Assembly (NCBI GenBank): GCA_039810005.1
Contig: JBDHWD010000004.1
Span: 785 to 64,784, forward strand
From: Thermomicrobiales bacterium
GTDB taxonomy: Bacteria > Chloroflexota > Chloroflexia > Thermomicrobiales > CFX8
Reading direction: 5' to 3'
Length of the DNA stretch: 64,000 nt
Shown: positions 56,308-64,000 of the stretch, piece after piece
How positions within the stretch are numbered: the first letter of the stretch is position 1
Layout of the letters: each line of letters opens with the position of its first letter
Made by a program: the position numbers and the translations under genes
Notes under the pieces: generated by a model
Database searches by the model: none
Told to the model about the DNA's origin: nothing
What the model saw: only the letters and a program-made list of their open reading frames with translations

Positions 56308-57180
56308 ATGAGTATCGTGGCCGTCGGGCTCGTTCTGCTGTCTGCCGTCTTTCATGCAACCTGGAATACCCTTACAAAGCGCAGTGCGGACGCACTGTCG
56401 TTCATGTTCGTCTTCGGTTGGATCAGCCTTGCGGTCTATGCGATCCCAACCGGCTATCTACTGTGGCGTGACGGGCTGGCTCGCGAGGCGCTGCCATTCG
56501 TCCTGGCCAGCGGCTGCGTCCACGTTGTGTACGCATCGTCGCTTGCTGCCGCCTATAGCAACGGTGCGCTGTCGCTGACCTACCCGGTGGCGCGTGGAAC
56601 TGGCGTGCTGCTCGTACCGCTGCTGGCGATGCCGATCCTGGGCGAACGGCTGACGGTGCCGGCCGGCCTGGGGATCTTCGCAATCCTGCTCGGGATCGTC
56701 AGCCTGAATCTCATTGCCAATCGGCGCGGGGCGGCTCGCGAAGCCCGTGAGAATCGCCGTGGCCTGCTATTCGCCCTGCTGACCGGTCTGACAATAACGT
56801 CGTACTCGCTGATCGATAAGGCCGGAGTCGCCCACGTTCATCCCCTGGTCTACGTCTACCTGCTGATCGGCATCCTCACGATCGGAATTTCGCCGTACGT
56901 CCTGCTGAAGCGTCAGCGTTCCGTCGGCGTCATCTGGCGCACAGCACGGCGCGACGCTGCGGTCGCAGGGGTGCTGAACATGGGCACCTATCTCATCGTG
57001 CTGGCGGCGATGAAGGTCGCCGGAAGCAGCGTGTCGTACATCGTGCCGCTGCGCGAGACGAGCATCGTATTCGCGACGATCATGGGAGTTGTCGTGCTAG
57101 GCGAGCGCATGACTCCGCCCCGCGTTGTTGGTTCAGGTCTGATCGCGGTTGGCGTACTGGCGATTGCGCTGGGAAGCTAA
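56308..57180 (+). CDS. EamA/DMT family transporter
   Basis: SAVFHATWNTLTK, LSLTYPVARG, YSLIDK, PLRETSIVFA, LGER. Confidence 0.92.
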   Translation: MSIVAVGLVLLSAVFHATWNTLTKRSADALSFMFVFGWISLAVYAIPTGYLLWRDGLAREALPFVLASGCVHVVYASSLAAAYSNGALSLTYPVARGTGVLLVPLLAMPILGERLTVPAGLGIFAILLGIVSLNLIANRRGAAREARENRRGLLFALLTGLTITSYSLIDKAGVAHVHPLVYVYLLIGILTIGISPYVLLKRQRSVGVIWRTARRDAAVAGVLNMGTYLIVLAAMKVAGSSVSYIVPLRETSIVFATIMGVVVLGERMTPPRVVGSGLIAVGVLAIALGS

Positions 57181-57696
57181 TTAGCGCTGTGCGGCCGCCC
57201 TCGCTGCGGCAATGATGGCGGCGTCGTCCGCCATGGTGAGGTAGCCGCGCTCATCTGGCACCGACTCAAGGACCACAACACCCCAGGAGCGCAGTACCGC
57301 GATTGACTCGGCTGCGCGCGGATGCGCCCAGAGCGGGTCGTTGACTGACACAGCGACGACGACCGGCGTCCGTCGCCCAATCGCCTCGGCGGCAACTGAG
57401 AGCGCCAGTGTGTCGGCGATGCCGCCGGCCAGCTTGTTCAGTGAATTGAACGAGCAGGGCGCGATCAGGACGACGCCCTCGGGCGGTCGCGGCAGGATAG
57501 CGTCGTCGAAATAGCTGTCAACGATGCGATGGCCGGGCACGAGCGCCAGCTCTCGAGGGCTGACGATGCGCTGGGCATTTGGCGTCAGGATCATGATCGT
57601 GCTACTGAATGCAGCGGTTAGTGGCGGCAGCAGCGTCGGGATGCGGCGCGCCGTGCCCGCGCCAGTCACCAGAAGATAGAGCCTGTCGTAGGGCAT
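57181..57696 (-). CDS. Flavoprotein of the HFCD (PPC decarboxylase/EpiD-like) family, non-canonical
   Basis: LLVTGA, TPNA, IAPCSFNSLNKLAGGIADTL, VSVNDPLWAHP. Confidence 0.85.
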   Translation of the reverse strand: MPYDRLYLLVTGAGTARRIPTLLPPLTAAFSSTIMILTPNAQRIVSPRELALVPGHRIVDSYFDDAILPRPPEGVVLIAPCSFNSLNKLAGGIADTLALSVAAEAIGRRTPVVVAVSVNDPLWAHPRAAESIAVLRSWGVVVLESVPDERGYLTMADDAAIIAAARAAAQR

Positions 57697-57716
57697 GGCG
57701 TACTCCGAGATGAGAA

Positions 57717-57748
57717 GCGCGGCCCGCCCGGTTAAGGATGGGCCGCGC
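57717..57748 (-). terminator. Intergenic hairpin after the M28 peptidase
   Basis: GCGCGGCCC...GGGCCGCGC 9-bp stem followed by TTCT on the minus strand. Confidence 0.45.
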
Positions 57749-57762
57749 GACAGGTTGGCGGA

Positions 57763-59178
57763 TCAGGCCTGCTGTGGCGGGAAGCGTCCGCTGCGCTCAG
57801 ATCGCGCCAGCAGGTTGTTGCGCTCCAGCAGTGCCCGCGTCTCGTCCTCGCTCATGCGCTCGACCGGCCAGTCTTCGGCGTTGGCGACGGCCAGCGCGAC
57901 GCGCGCTACCAGCGCGGCTGACATTTGCAGGCCACGCAGGTGGATCTTGTCGAACGTGTCGGCCTCGGTATGGCCCCAGCCGCGTCCGATCATACCGGCG
58001 GTCGAATCGCGCGAGTTGAGCGTGCCGTTCGGGATGCCCCGCAGCGCGAACGGGAAGTGGTCGGAGTGCGAATTCAGCTGATCCTGAATCGTGAACGGGT
58101 AGGCACTGTCCTTCGAGAACTTCTCGAACCAGGAGCGCAGTGCCGGCCAGCCGGAGAGCGTGATCTGCTCCTGTCCGCCCTGACCACGGCCAGCGCCGTC
58201 GAGGTTCAGCACGAAGCGGTAGGTGTCGGGATCGGTCACCTTGGCATGGTGGGCAGCACCGAGCAGGCCGACTTCTTCCGAACCGAAGCAGATCACCCGG
58301 ATGGTGCGCTTGATCTTGCCGGCATGCGGGGCCAGCACGCGTCCCGCTTCAAGGCCAGTCACGGTCCCGGCACCGTCATCGCCAGCGGCCTGTGAGATGT
58401 CATGACCGTCATAGTGTCCACCGATGAGAACGACCTCGTCGGGGAACTCGCTACCGACGATCTCACCGATGACGTTCTGGCTGGTGCTCTCGAAGGTGCG
58501 GTTTTCCAGCTTGAGATGGACCTTGCCCTTACCATCGCTGCGCTCGATCAGGCGCAGGATCATTGAGCCGGCCTCCAGCGAGACGCCGACTGCCGGGATC
58601 GGGGCTTCGCGATCGGCAGCGGAATCGCCAGACGGGTTGCGGCCAGTGATCGACCCGGTGATGCGGAGCATGCCCGGGTTCTGGTTGACGTAAATGTAGC
58701 CAGCCGCGCCGCGCTCGACTGCCCAACCATACTTGTCCGTTCGATGGCTGCCGCGCTCGCCCGGCCTGTTCGTCTCAGCAGCGGAAATGACAATCTTGCC
58801 GCGCACCTGGTCGGCCAGCCGCTCGAAATCGGCCAGCTCGCCGTCGCCGACATCAAGCAGTTCGGCAGTCAGGTCGGCGGCAGGGCAGTAGGGCAGTGAC
58901 ACGCAGGAGAACGAACGCTCGACCGGCTCGATAAGGGTGAGCTCGGCTGAGCCGCGATCCCAGCCGGCCATGCTGAATTCTTCCAGCCGGACGTTTTGCA
59001 GCCCGTACTCTTCCATCTTCTTCTTGAGAAATTCAGCGCCCTGCTTCTCGGACTCTGAACCGCCGTAGCGGTGTCCGATGTCGTCGCAGAGCTCGCGCAA
59101 AACCTGATACGGCTCGTCGGTCGTCCAGATGTCGCCAAGAATCGCGCGCTCTATGGCGCGGCGGTCGTCATCTACCAT
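57763..59178 (-). CDS. M28 family aminopeptidase with PA domain (no signal peptide)
   Basis: IGHRYGGS, SQNVIGEI, GGHYDGHD, DDGAG, SEEVGLLG, NLDG, HSDH, HTEADT; GGAGGAGG SD. Confidence 0.92.
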   Translation of the reverse strand: MVDDDRRAIERAILGDIWTTDEPYQVLRELCDDIGHRYGGSESEKQGAEFLKKKMEEYGLQNVRLEEFSMAGWDRGSAELTLIEPVERSFSCVSLPYCPAADLTAELLDVGDGELADFERLADQVRGKIVISAAETNRPGERGSHRTDKYGWAVERGAAGYIYVNQNPGMLRITGSITGRNPSGDSAADREAPIPAVGVSLEAGSMILRLIERSDGKGKVHLKLENRTFESTSQNVIGEIVGSEFPDEVVLIGGHYDGHDISQAAGDDGAGTVTGLEAGRVLAPHAGKIKRTIRVICFGSEEVGLLGAAHHAKVTDPDTYRFVLNLDGAGRGQGGQEQITLSGWPALRSWFEKFSKDSAYPFTIQDQLNSHSDHFPFALRGIPNGTLNSRDSTAGMIGRGWGHTEADTFDKIHLRGLQMSAALVARVALAVANAEDWPVERMSEDETRALLERNNLLARSERSGRFPPQQA

Positions 59179-59302
59179 GCGTCCTCCTCCGACTCGTACC
59201 TGACGGCCACGCCGGCCGATTTCGGTCTGTGACCGGCGGGCGCATCATAGCACTGCCCGATTTGTTGACCAGATTGTCAGACGAGAACCGGTTCTGCGAA
59301 AG

Positions 59303-60646
59303 CTAACCGGCGCCGTGGATGTCGTCGGTTGCGCGCTGGATGATCGCCAGGACGATGTCAGGCGAGGGCGGTTCAGGGGCTGTCACGATAACGACGTTCA
59401 TGATCGCGCCGGTTTGCGTTACTGATAGTGCGCCATAGCGCTCGTCGCCGTCGCGGTTCGCGTGGAATTGCACGGTGACGCCTTCCGCCGCGCCAACGGA
59501 CGGTTGCGGTTGATCGAGCGTGTAGACAACGCCGTCGGCATCGACCCACTCGCCGCAGGTGAGCGCCGCAGCCGCCCCTTCCATTGCCGGCTGCAACTCG
59601 CTCGATGGCAGGGCAATCAACCGCTGACGCACCATCCAGCCGGTGTCCGCCTGCTCGAAGATAGCAAAGCTATCGCCCAGCGGTGCGCCGGCAGCACCGA
59701 ACAGCGGACTGCCGCAATAGGCCGCGAAGGCAGGATCGGGGTTCGGACCAGACGCGCGCTTGAGCCAGCCAGGCCCGATGTCGTCAGCGTGCAGCATCAT
59801 ACCGACGAGCGCGGCCTGCACGGCGGGGTCGATCGTCGCAGCAGCCAGCCGCTGCGGGTCCAGCAGCGCGACCGCGGCATTGACAACATCAGGGGACTCA
59901 TTGATGGCTGCCTCGTCGTCGCTGACGATCGCCATCTGAGCGATGATGCCTCCCCGACGAATGAGGTACCAGCGGCCATGCAGGCGGCTGCTTGCATCGG
60001 CCATGATCGAGAAATCTGCCACGATTGATTCATCGCCAAAGTCGGATTCCTCGAACGGCGACAGCTCGATACGGGAGCCATCGCCATCGGTCCAGTCACG
60101 ACAATCGAGCGACTCCCGTGCCCAGGTCATTGCCGCGATAGCGTCCGGGTCGCGATAGGCGGTCAGTTCCTGAATGACCGACAGCGATGGGGAGTCCAGG
60201 CGCTGGTATTCGGTTTCGACAGCGCCGAGCTTCTGTGGCGCTCCGGGGAACGGCTCAATGCCGCAGAGCAGGGAGCCGGTCGGGCGGTCGCGCAGTGGAT
60301 TCGCGGAGACGATCTCCCAGCCGGAGGGCAGGCTGCCTTCGACCGGGAGCATTGCCAGCAACGCGCTCTCGATTGCGCTGGGCGGGACGACGGCAGTGGG
60401 GGTTGGCGATGGTCGCGGTGTAGGGGTTGACATCGGGATCTGCGTCGGCGTGACCGTGGCGGTCGGCTCGACGGTCGCGACGATCGGCGTTTCCTGTGTC
60501 TCAACAGTTTCGGGCACTGTCGGAACGATCGGCGCAGGAGATTCGACGATTGCGGGTGTGGCATCGCGGCGACTCGGACCCGAGCAGGCGACAATCACGC
60601 CGAGAAGAATCAATGCAATCGAGAGTCGTATCGCCGTGCTATACAC
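59303..60646 (-). CDS. Hypothetical lipoprotein with Pro/Thr linker and two tandem sensor-like domains
   Basis: Lipobox IVAC-S; TPTP linker; internal duplication LPSGW...LCG...LDCRDWTDGDG and IGPGW...YCG...LTCGEWVDADG. Confidence 0.75.
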   Translation of the reverse strand: MYSTAIRLSIALILLGVIVACSGPSRRDATPAIVESPAPIVPTVPETVETQETPIVATVEPTATVTPTQIPMSTPTPRPSPTPTAVVPPSAIESALLAMLPVEGSLPSGWEIVSANPLRDRPTGSLLCGIEPFPGAPQKLGAVETEYQRLDSPSLSVIQELTAYRDPDAIAAMTWARESLDCRDWTDGDGSRIELSPFEESDFGDESIVADFSIMADASSRLHGRWYLIRRGGIIAQMAIVSDDEAAINESPDVVNAAVALLDPQRLAAATIDPAVQAALVGMMLHADDIGPGWLKRASGPNPDPAFAAYCGSPLFGAAGAPLGDSFAIFEQADTGWMVRQRLIALPSSELQPAMEGAAAALTCGEWVDADGVVYTLDQPQPSVGAAEGVTVQFHANRDGDERYGALSVTQTGAIMNVVIVTAPEPPSPDIVLAIIQRATDDIHGAG

Positions 60647-60695
60647 CTGCCGCTCCCGCTATGGATGAATCGATGCTGTGATGGTAGCAGGATCG

Positions 60696-61877
60696 CTAGG
60701 AGAGGAACGCCGCGCAAACCTCGTTCGCAACCAGAACGCCGCGCGGAGTCAGACGCAAGCGCTGCGCCTGCCACTCGACGAGACCGATATCCAGCAGCCG
60801 TGCAACCTCTTCCGCGTAGCGCTCGCTGATACCGACACCATGACGGGCCCGGACGTCTGCGTCTGACACGCCATCACGCAGTAAGCGCATGCCGAGCATC
60901 ATCGTCTCGCTCAGCGCGGTAGCGTCGTCAATCGTCTCGCGCGTCGCGACTGGCAGATCACCGGCGGCGAGCGCGGCGATGTAGCGGTCGGGCAGCAAGT
61001 GATTGCTGTGGCGCTCGCCACCCGACGTACCGAACGCTCCTGCACCGATGCCCAGATACGGGCCGTTCTGCCAGTACAGCTGGTTGTGGCGTGAGCGGTA
61101 CTGCGGCTCACGGGCCCAGTTCGAGATCTCGTAATGCTCCCAGCCCGCGTTGCCAAGCACCTCTGCGGCACGATCGTAGCGATCGGCGACGACATCGTCG
61201 TCCAGCGGTCGCAGGATGCCGCGCTTCACCGCCATCTGCATCGGCGTTCCCGGCTCGACAATGAGCGCGTAGAGCGAAACATGCTCCGGCGACCAGTCGA
61301 GAATCGTCTGCAGATCGTGCTCCCAATCCTCGGCCGACTGGCCCGGCCAGCCGTAGATGAAATCGAGACTGACATTCTCGAAGCCTGCCTGCCGGGCGAG
61401 GGTGAGCGACGTCGTTGCTGTCATGGCGGTGTGGCCGCGCCCGAGGACGCGAAGACCAGCCCGCTGCTGCGACTGGATGCCGATCGAGAGTCGGTTGACT
61501 CCAGCAGCCCGGTAGCCGGTAAGCATCTCAAGATCGAGCGTCTCCGGGTTGGCTTCCATCGACACTTCGGCGTCAGGACGCAGCCCGAACGATTCGCGCG
61601 CCGCAGCGATGATCTGCGCGATTTGCGCCGGGGCCAGCAGCGACGGCGTGCCGCCGCCGAAATAGAGCGTCGGCGCTCCGGTCGTTTCTCCCTCGCGGAG
61701 ACGCATCTCGCGCACAACGGCGTCAACGTAAGCCGGGATGCGATCTTCCTGCCCGGCGTAGGTATTGAAGTCGCAGTACGGGCAGATGTGTCGACAGAAC
61801 GGCACATGCACATAGATACCAGCCGATACACCGGCGGGCAATGGAACGGGCAGCGTAGAAACCAGAGCGTCAGACAT
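60696..61877 (-). CDS. hemW: Radical SAM heme chaperone HemW (HemN-like)
   Basis: YVHVPFCRHICPYCDFN, YFGGGTPS, EANPE, RLSIGIQS, HYEISN, HNQLYW. Confidence 0.93.
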   Translation of the reverse strand: MSDALVSTLPVPLPAGVSAGIYVHVPFCRHICPYCDFNTYAGQEDRIPAYVDAVVREMRLREGETTGAPTLYFGGGTPSLLAPAQIAQIIAAARESFGLRPDAEVSMEANPETLDLEMLTGYRAAGVNRLSIGIQSQQRAGLRVLGRGHTAMTATTSLTLARQAGFENVSLDFIYGWPGQSAEDWEHDLQTILDWSPEHVSLYALIVEPGTPMQMAVKRGILRPLDDDVVADRYDRAAEVLGNAGWEHYEISNWAREPQYRSRHNQLYWQNGPYLGIGAGAFGTSGGERHSNHLLPDRYIAALAAGDLPVATRETIDDATALSETMMLGMRLLRDGVSDADVRARHGVGISERYAEEVARLLDIGLVEWQAQRLRLTPRGVLVANEVCAAFLS

Positions 61878-61902
61878 GGTGGGGGTTGCTCTTCTCAGCA
61901 GA

Positions 61903-63402
61903 TCAGTCAGAACTTCGCCCGCCGCGCTCGATCTCCTGCCAGGCGCGCGCGGCATCTTCCGCGTCGGCGGCGGTGGCCGGCTCACCGCTATAGCGCGCGT
62001 CCCGGTAGCGATCGGTGATCGAACGCACGGCGGAATCGCCGTTGGGCACGGATAATCGGCCAGTCACACCGGGGCGGTACTCGTCGGCCGTCTCGGCAGG
62101 GCGGCGGCCACGTCCGAGATCAGCGCCACGGCGCTGCAAACGCTGATACGTCTCGCGAATCGCCACGGTGTACCGCCAGCGCGGATCGTCGCGCAACTCC
62201 GCCAGCGGATCGACGACGACTGGTTGCTCGCGCTGAAACAGCGACCGGAAGCGATTGGCCAGCGACCCCAGCATATCGTCCCAGTCCATGATCGACTCGC
62301 GCTCTTCGTCGGTCGGTTGGCGTTCACGACGGCGACGACGGAACACGAACTTGGTCAGGACAGCGAAAATCGCCAGGAGAATCAGCGCCGCGACGAGGTA
62401 GCGAATCGCGTCTGGTACATCGACAGCACGCTGTGTGAGCTGGTCGAACTGGCTATTGTCTTCCATGGGCGCGGGCGTTGAGACTGTGCGGGAAATCGGT
62501 TCGCGAGTGCCAATCAGCCAGACAAGCGGGGTGAGGATGATGTAGGCCAGCACGGCCATGATCAGGATAACCGCCTCAAAGATGAAATTGAGCAGGAAGA
62601 GGAGCGGCGAAAGCATCCAGAGAACCGTGTCGAGGAACTGCCGCGAGAAGATGCCTGCGCCGATGATCGCCAGCGCGAGCACGGTCAGGATCGGCGCAGC
62701 GAACGTCGCCAGCCAGCGCGGGCCAAGCGGCGAACTCGTTCGGAAGCCCTCAAGCTTGAGCCGGGCAAAACCGATCGCACCCAGGGCGCAGACATAGAAC
62801 GCGATCGTCGCAACGCTGAGGCGCTGATGCACCTGATCTGTCGGGCTGGTCGCTGCCAGCACAATGACGATCAGCAACGCCAGGATGGCGCTGCCAACCC
62901 GCAACATCAAGTAGGCACTATCGACAGCCGGGAGGTCACGGGTTCGTCCGCGCCACCAGGCATAGGCGACGAGGGCGACGAGGCCCCAGACCGGCCGAAC
63001 CGAATCGGTGCCGAGCAACGCGAAGGCGCGTACGGTCTGGCGCAGCCAGCTGAAATCCCAGAGCGCGATGTTGGGGAACGCGCCGGCCTTGAGCGCGACG
63101 AGCAGCGTCACGACGATGCCGGCGCCCATGATGGCCTCGTATTGCCCACCCCAGACGCGCCATTCGTCCAGGGCGCGGGGGATGATGTGGGCAGTGAGCA
63201 TCACGAAGCCGACGATCCAGGCGGACAGGACACGCGATTCGGGCGAACTGTCGCTCAGCAGAATGCCGCTGACGAGGTAAACGAGCGACGCCTCGGCCAG
63301 CACCAGCGCAATGCCGATCAGCTCCAGCCGCCAGTCGAGCGAGCGGAGCAAGTCCATCAGGCTGGTTGGGGTAACGCGATCAGCGTCGTGTGTCTCACTC
63401 AT
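61903..63402 (-). CDS. Membrane protein with C-terminal DUF4129 domain
   Basis: Multi-TM; C-terminal IRETYQRL...RRPAETADEY...ITDRYRDARYSG. Confidence 0.85.
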   Translation of the reverse strand: MSETHDADRVTPTSLMDLLRSLDWRLELIGIALVLAEASLVYLVSGILLSDSSPESRVLSAWIVGFVMLTAHIIPRALDEWRVWGGQYEAIMGAGIVVTLLVALKAGAFPNIALWDFSWLRQTVRAFALLGTDSVRPVWGLVALVAYAWWRGRTRDLPAVDSAYLMLRVGSAILALLIVIVLAATSPTDQVHQRLSVATIAFYVCALGAIGFARLKLEGFRTSSPLGPRWLATFAAPILTVLALAIIGAGIFSRQFLDTVLWMLSPLLFLLNFIFEAVILIMAVLAYIILTPLVWLIGTREPISRTVSTPAPMEDNSQFDQLTQRAVDVPDAIRYLVAALILLAIFAVLTKFVFRRRRRERQPTDEERESIMDWDDMLGSLANRFRSLFQREQPVVVDPLAELRDDPRWRYTVAIRETYQRLQRRGADLGRGRRPAETADEYRPGVTGRLSVPNGDSAVRSITDRYRDARYSGEPATAADAEDAARAWQEIERGGRSSD

Positions 63403-63998
63403 CAGGCGTCTCGCTGTCGTTCGACCAGACCGGCCAGCGCAACCGGGTTCATCTGGATCGCGTAGCGCCGCCGCGACTGGCGCGGCGTGCCGATCGATGC
63501 CGAATCGAGCTTGAAGACGTCAATCCCACGAATTGACGGCAGCTCAACCTCGTCAATCGTCACCAGGACGACGCGGTGTCCAGCGCGTTGCAGATCGACG
63601 AGGACTGCGGCTGTGGCGTCGGTAATGAGCGCCGTTACGATAACGACAGTGCTTCCCATCGGAAAACGTGACGTTTCGGCGCGTAGCAAGCGGGCGAAAT
63701 TGATTGAGGCGATCGGTGAGAGCTTGGCCAGACCGGCCAGCACCTCACCGCGCTGGCTGGGGCTGCGGCTGGGGCGCACGCGCAACGGCTGATCCGAGCC
63801 GCCACTAACGCCATTTGCATAGACGCCGACCGTCCGGCGCTCATCAAGCGCACGAATCGCGATCGAGGCGGTCGCCGTGATGGCGTCTTCCGCCCGCTCG
63901 TAGTCGATACCTTCCCAGTAGTGTTCGAACGTATCGAGGTTGAGAAAGACGCCGAACTGGATCGTCGTCGTTGGCTCGAACACCTTGGATTGCAGCGC
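63402..63998 (-). CDS. DUF58 family protein (MoxR-associated), 5'-truncated by window edge
   Basis: Frame open to the edge: LQSKVFEPTT, FLNLDT, EDAITATASI, VGVYANG, GSTVVIVT; TGATG coupling to the DUF4129 gene. Confidence 0.88.
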   Translation of the reverse strand, partial: ALQSKVFEPTTTIQFGVFLNLDTFEHYWEGIDYERAEDAITATASIAIRALDERRTVGVYANGVSGGSDQPLRVRPSRSPSQRGEVLAGLAKLSPIASINFARLLRAETSRFPMGSTVVIVTALITDATAAVLVDLQRAGHRVVLVTIDEVELPSIRGIDVFKLDSASIGTPRQSRRRYAIQMNPVALAGLVERQRDA

Positions 63999-64000
63999 TC

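Noticed and set aside
60696-61877. Radical SAM enzyme as a possible RiPP maturase
   Set aside because: It has HemW hallmarks (HxPFC, HNxxYW), no SPASM domain and no precursor peptide.
1-64000. Many long antisense or alternate-frame ORFs (e.g. 8866-10173 +, 23817-25046 -, 41667-43097 +, 38488-39831 +)
   Set aside because: They are shadows of well-supported genes in high-GC DNA and carry no family motifs.
1-64000. CRISPR arrays, tRNA/rRNA genes, transposases, integrases, prophage or defence genes
   Set aside because: No regularly spaced repeats, cloverleaf or T-loop signatures, or matching protein motifs were seen by eye.

Overview
High-GC bacterial chromosomal window, gene-dense, with about 53 CDSs. 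Gene content and the secreted 'YFxxTGH...GG...FGxPISE...QYFER' repeats point to Chloroflexota, probably Thermomicrobiales (inference). Housekeeping and metabolic blocks include two peptide/nickel-type ABC cassettes that lack ATPase genes, pdxST, rnz, panE-panB, ggt, mutS-mutL, a Fur-led gluconate/oxidative pentose phosphate operon (fur-gntK-tal/pgi-gnd-zwf-opcA-pgl), a Cds1-like cysteine desulfhydrase, hemW and a DUF58/DUF4129 pair. I found no tRNA, rRNA, CRISPR array, transposase, integrase or phage gene. The most interesting candidates are: (1) a GH-A hydrolase / YfhO-like GT-C / GH-A hydrolase cell-envelope module with two differently anchored paralogues; (2) a guanidine-hydrolase (GdmH)-like ureohydrolase with a changed active site, preceded by an MFS gene and a possible three-way-junction RNA leader; (3) a GTAG-type REP doublet; (4) several atypical proteins (degenerate sigma-like factor, membrane-anchored alpha-CTD/SAM-like protein, non-canonical HFCD flavoprotein, signal-less Vps10-like propeller). 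All family calls come from motif recognition by eye; no database searches were run.
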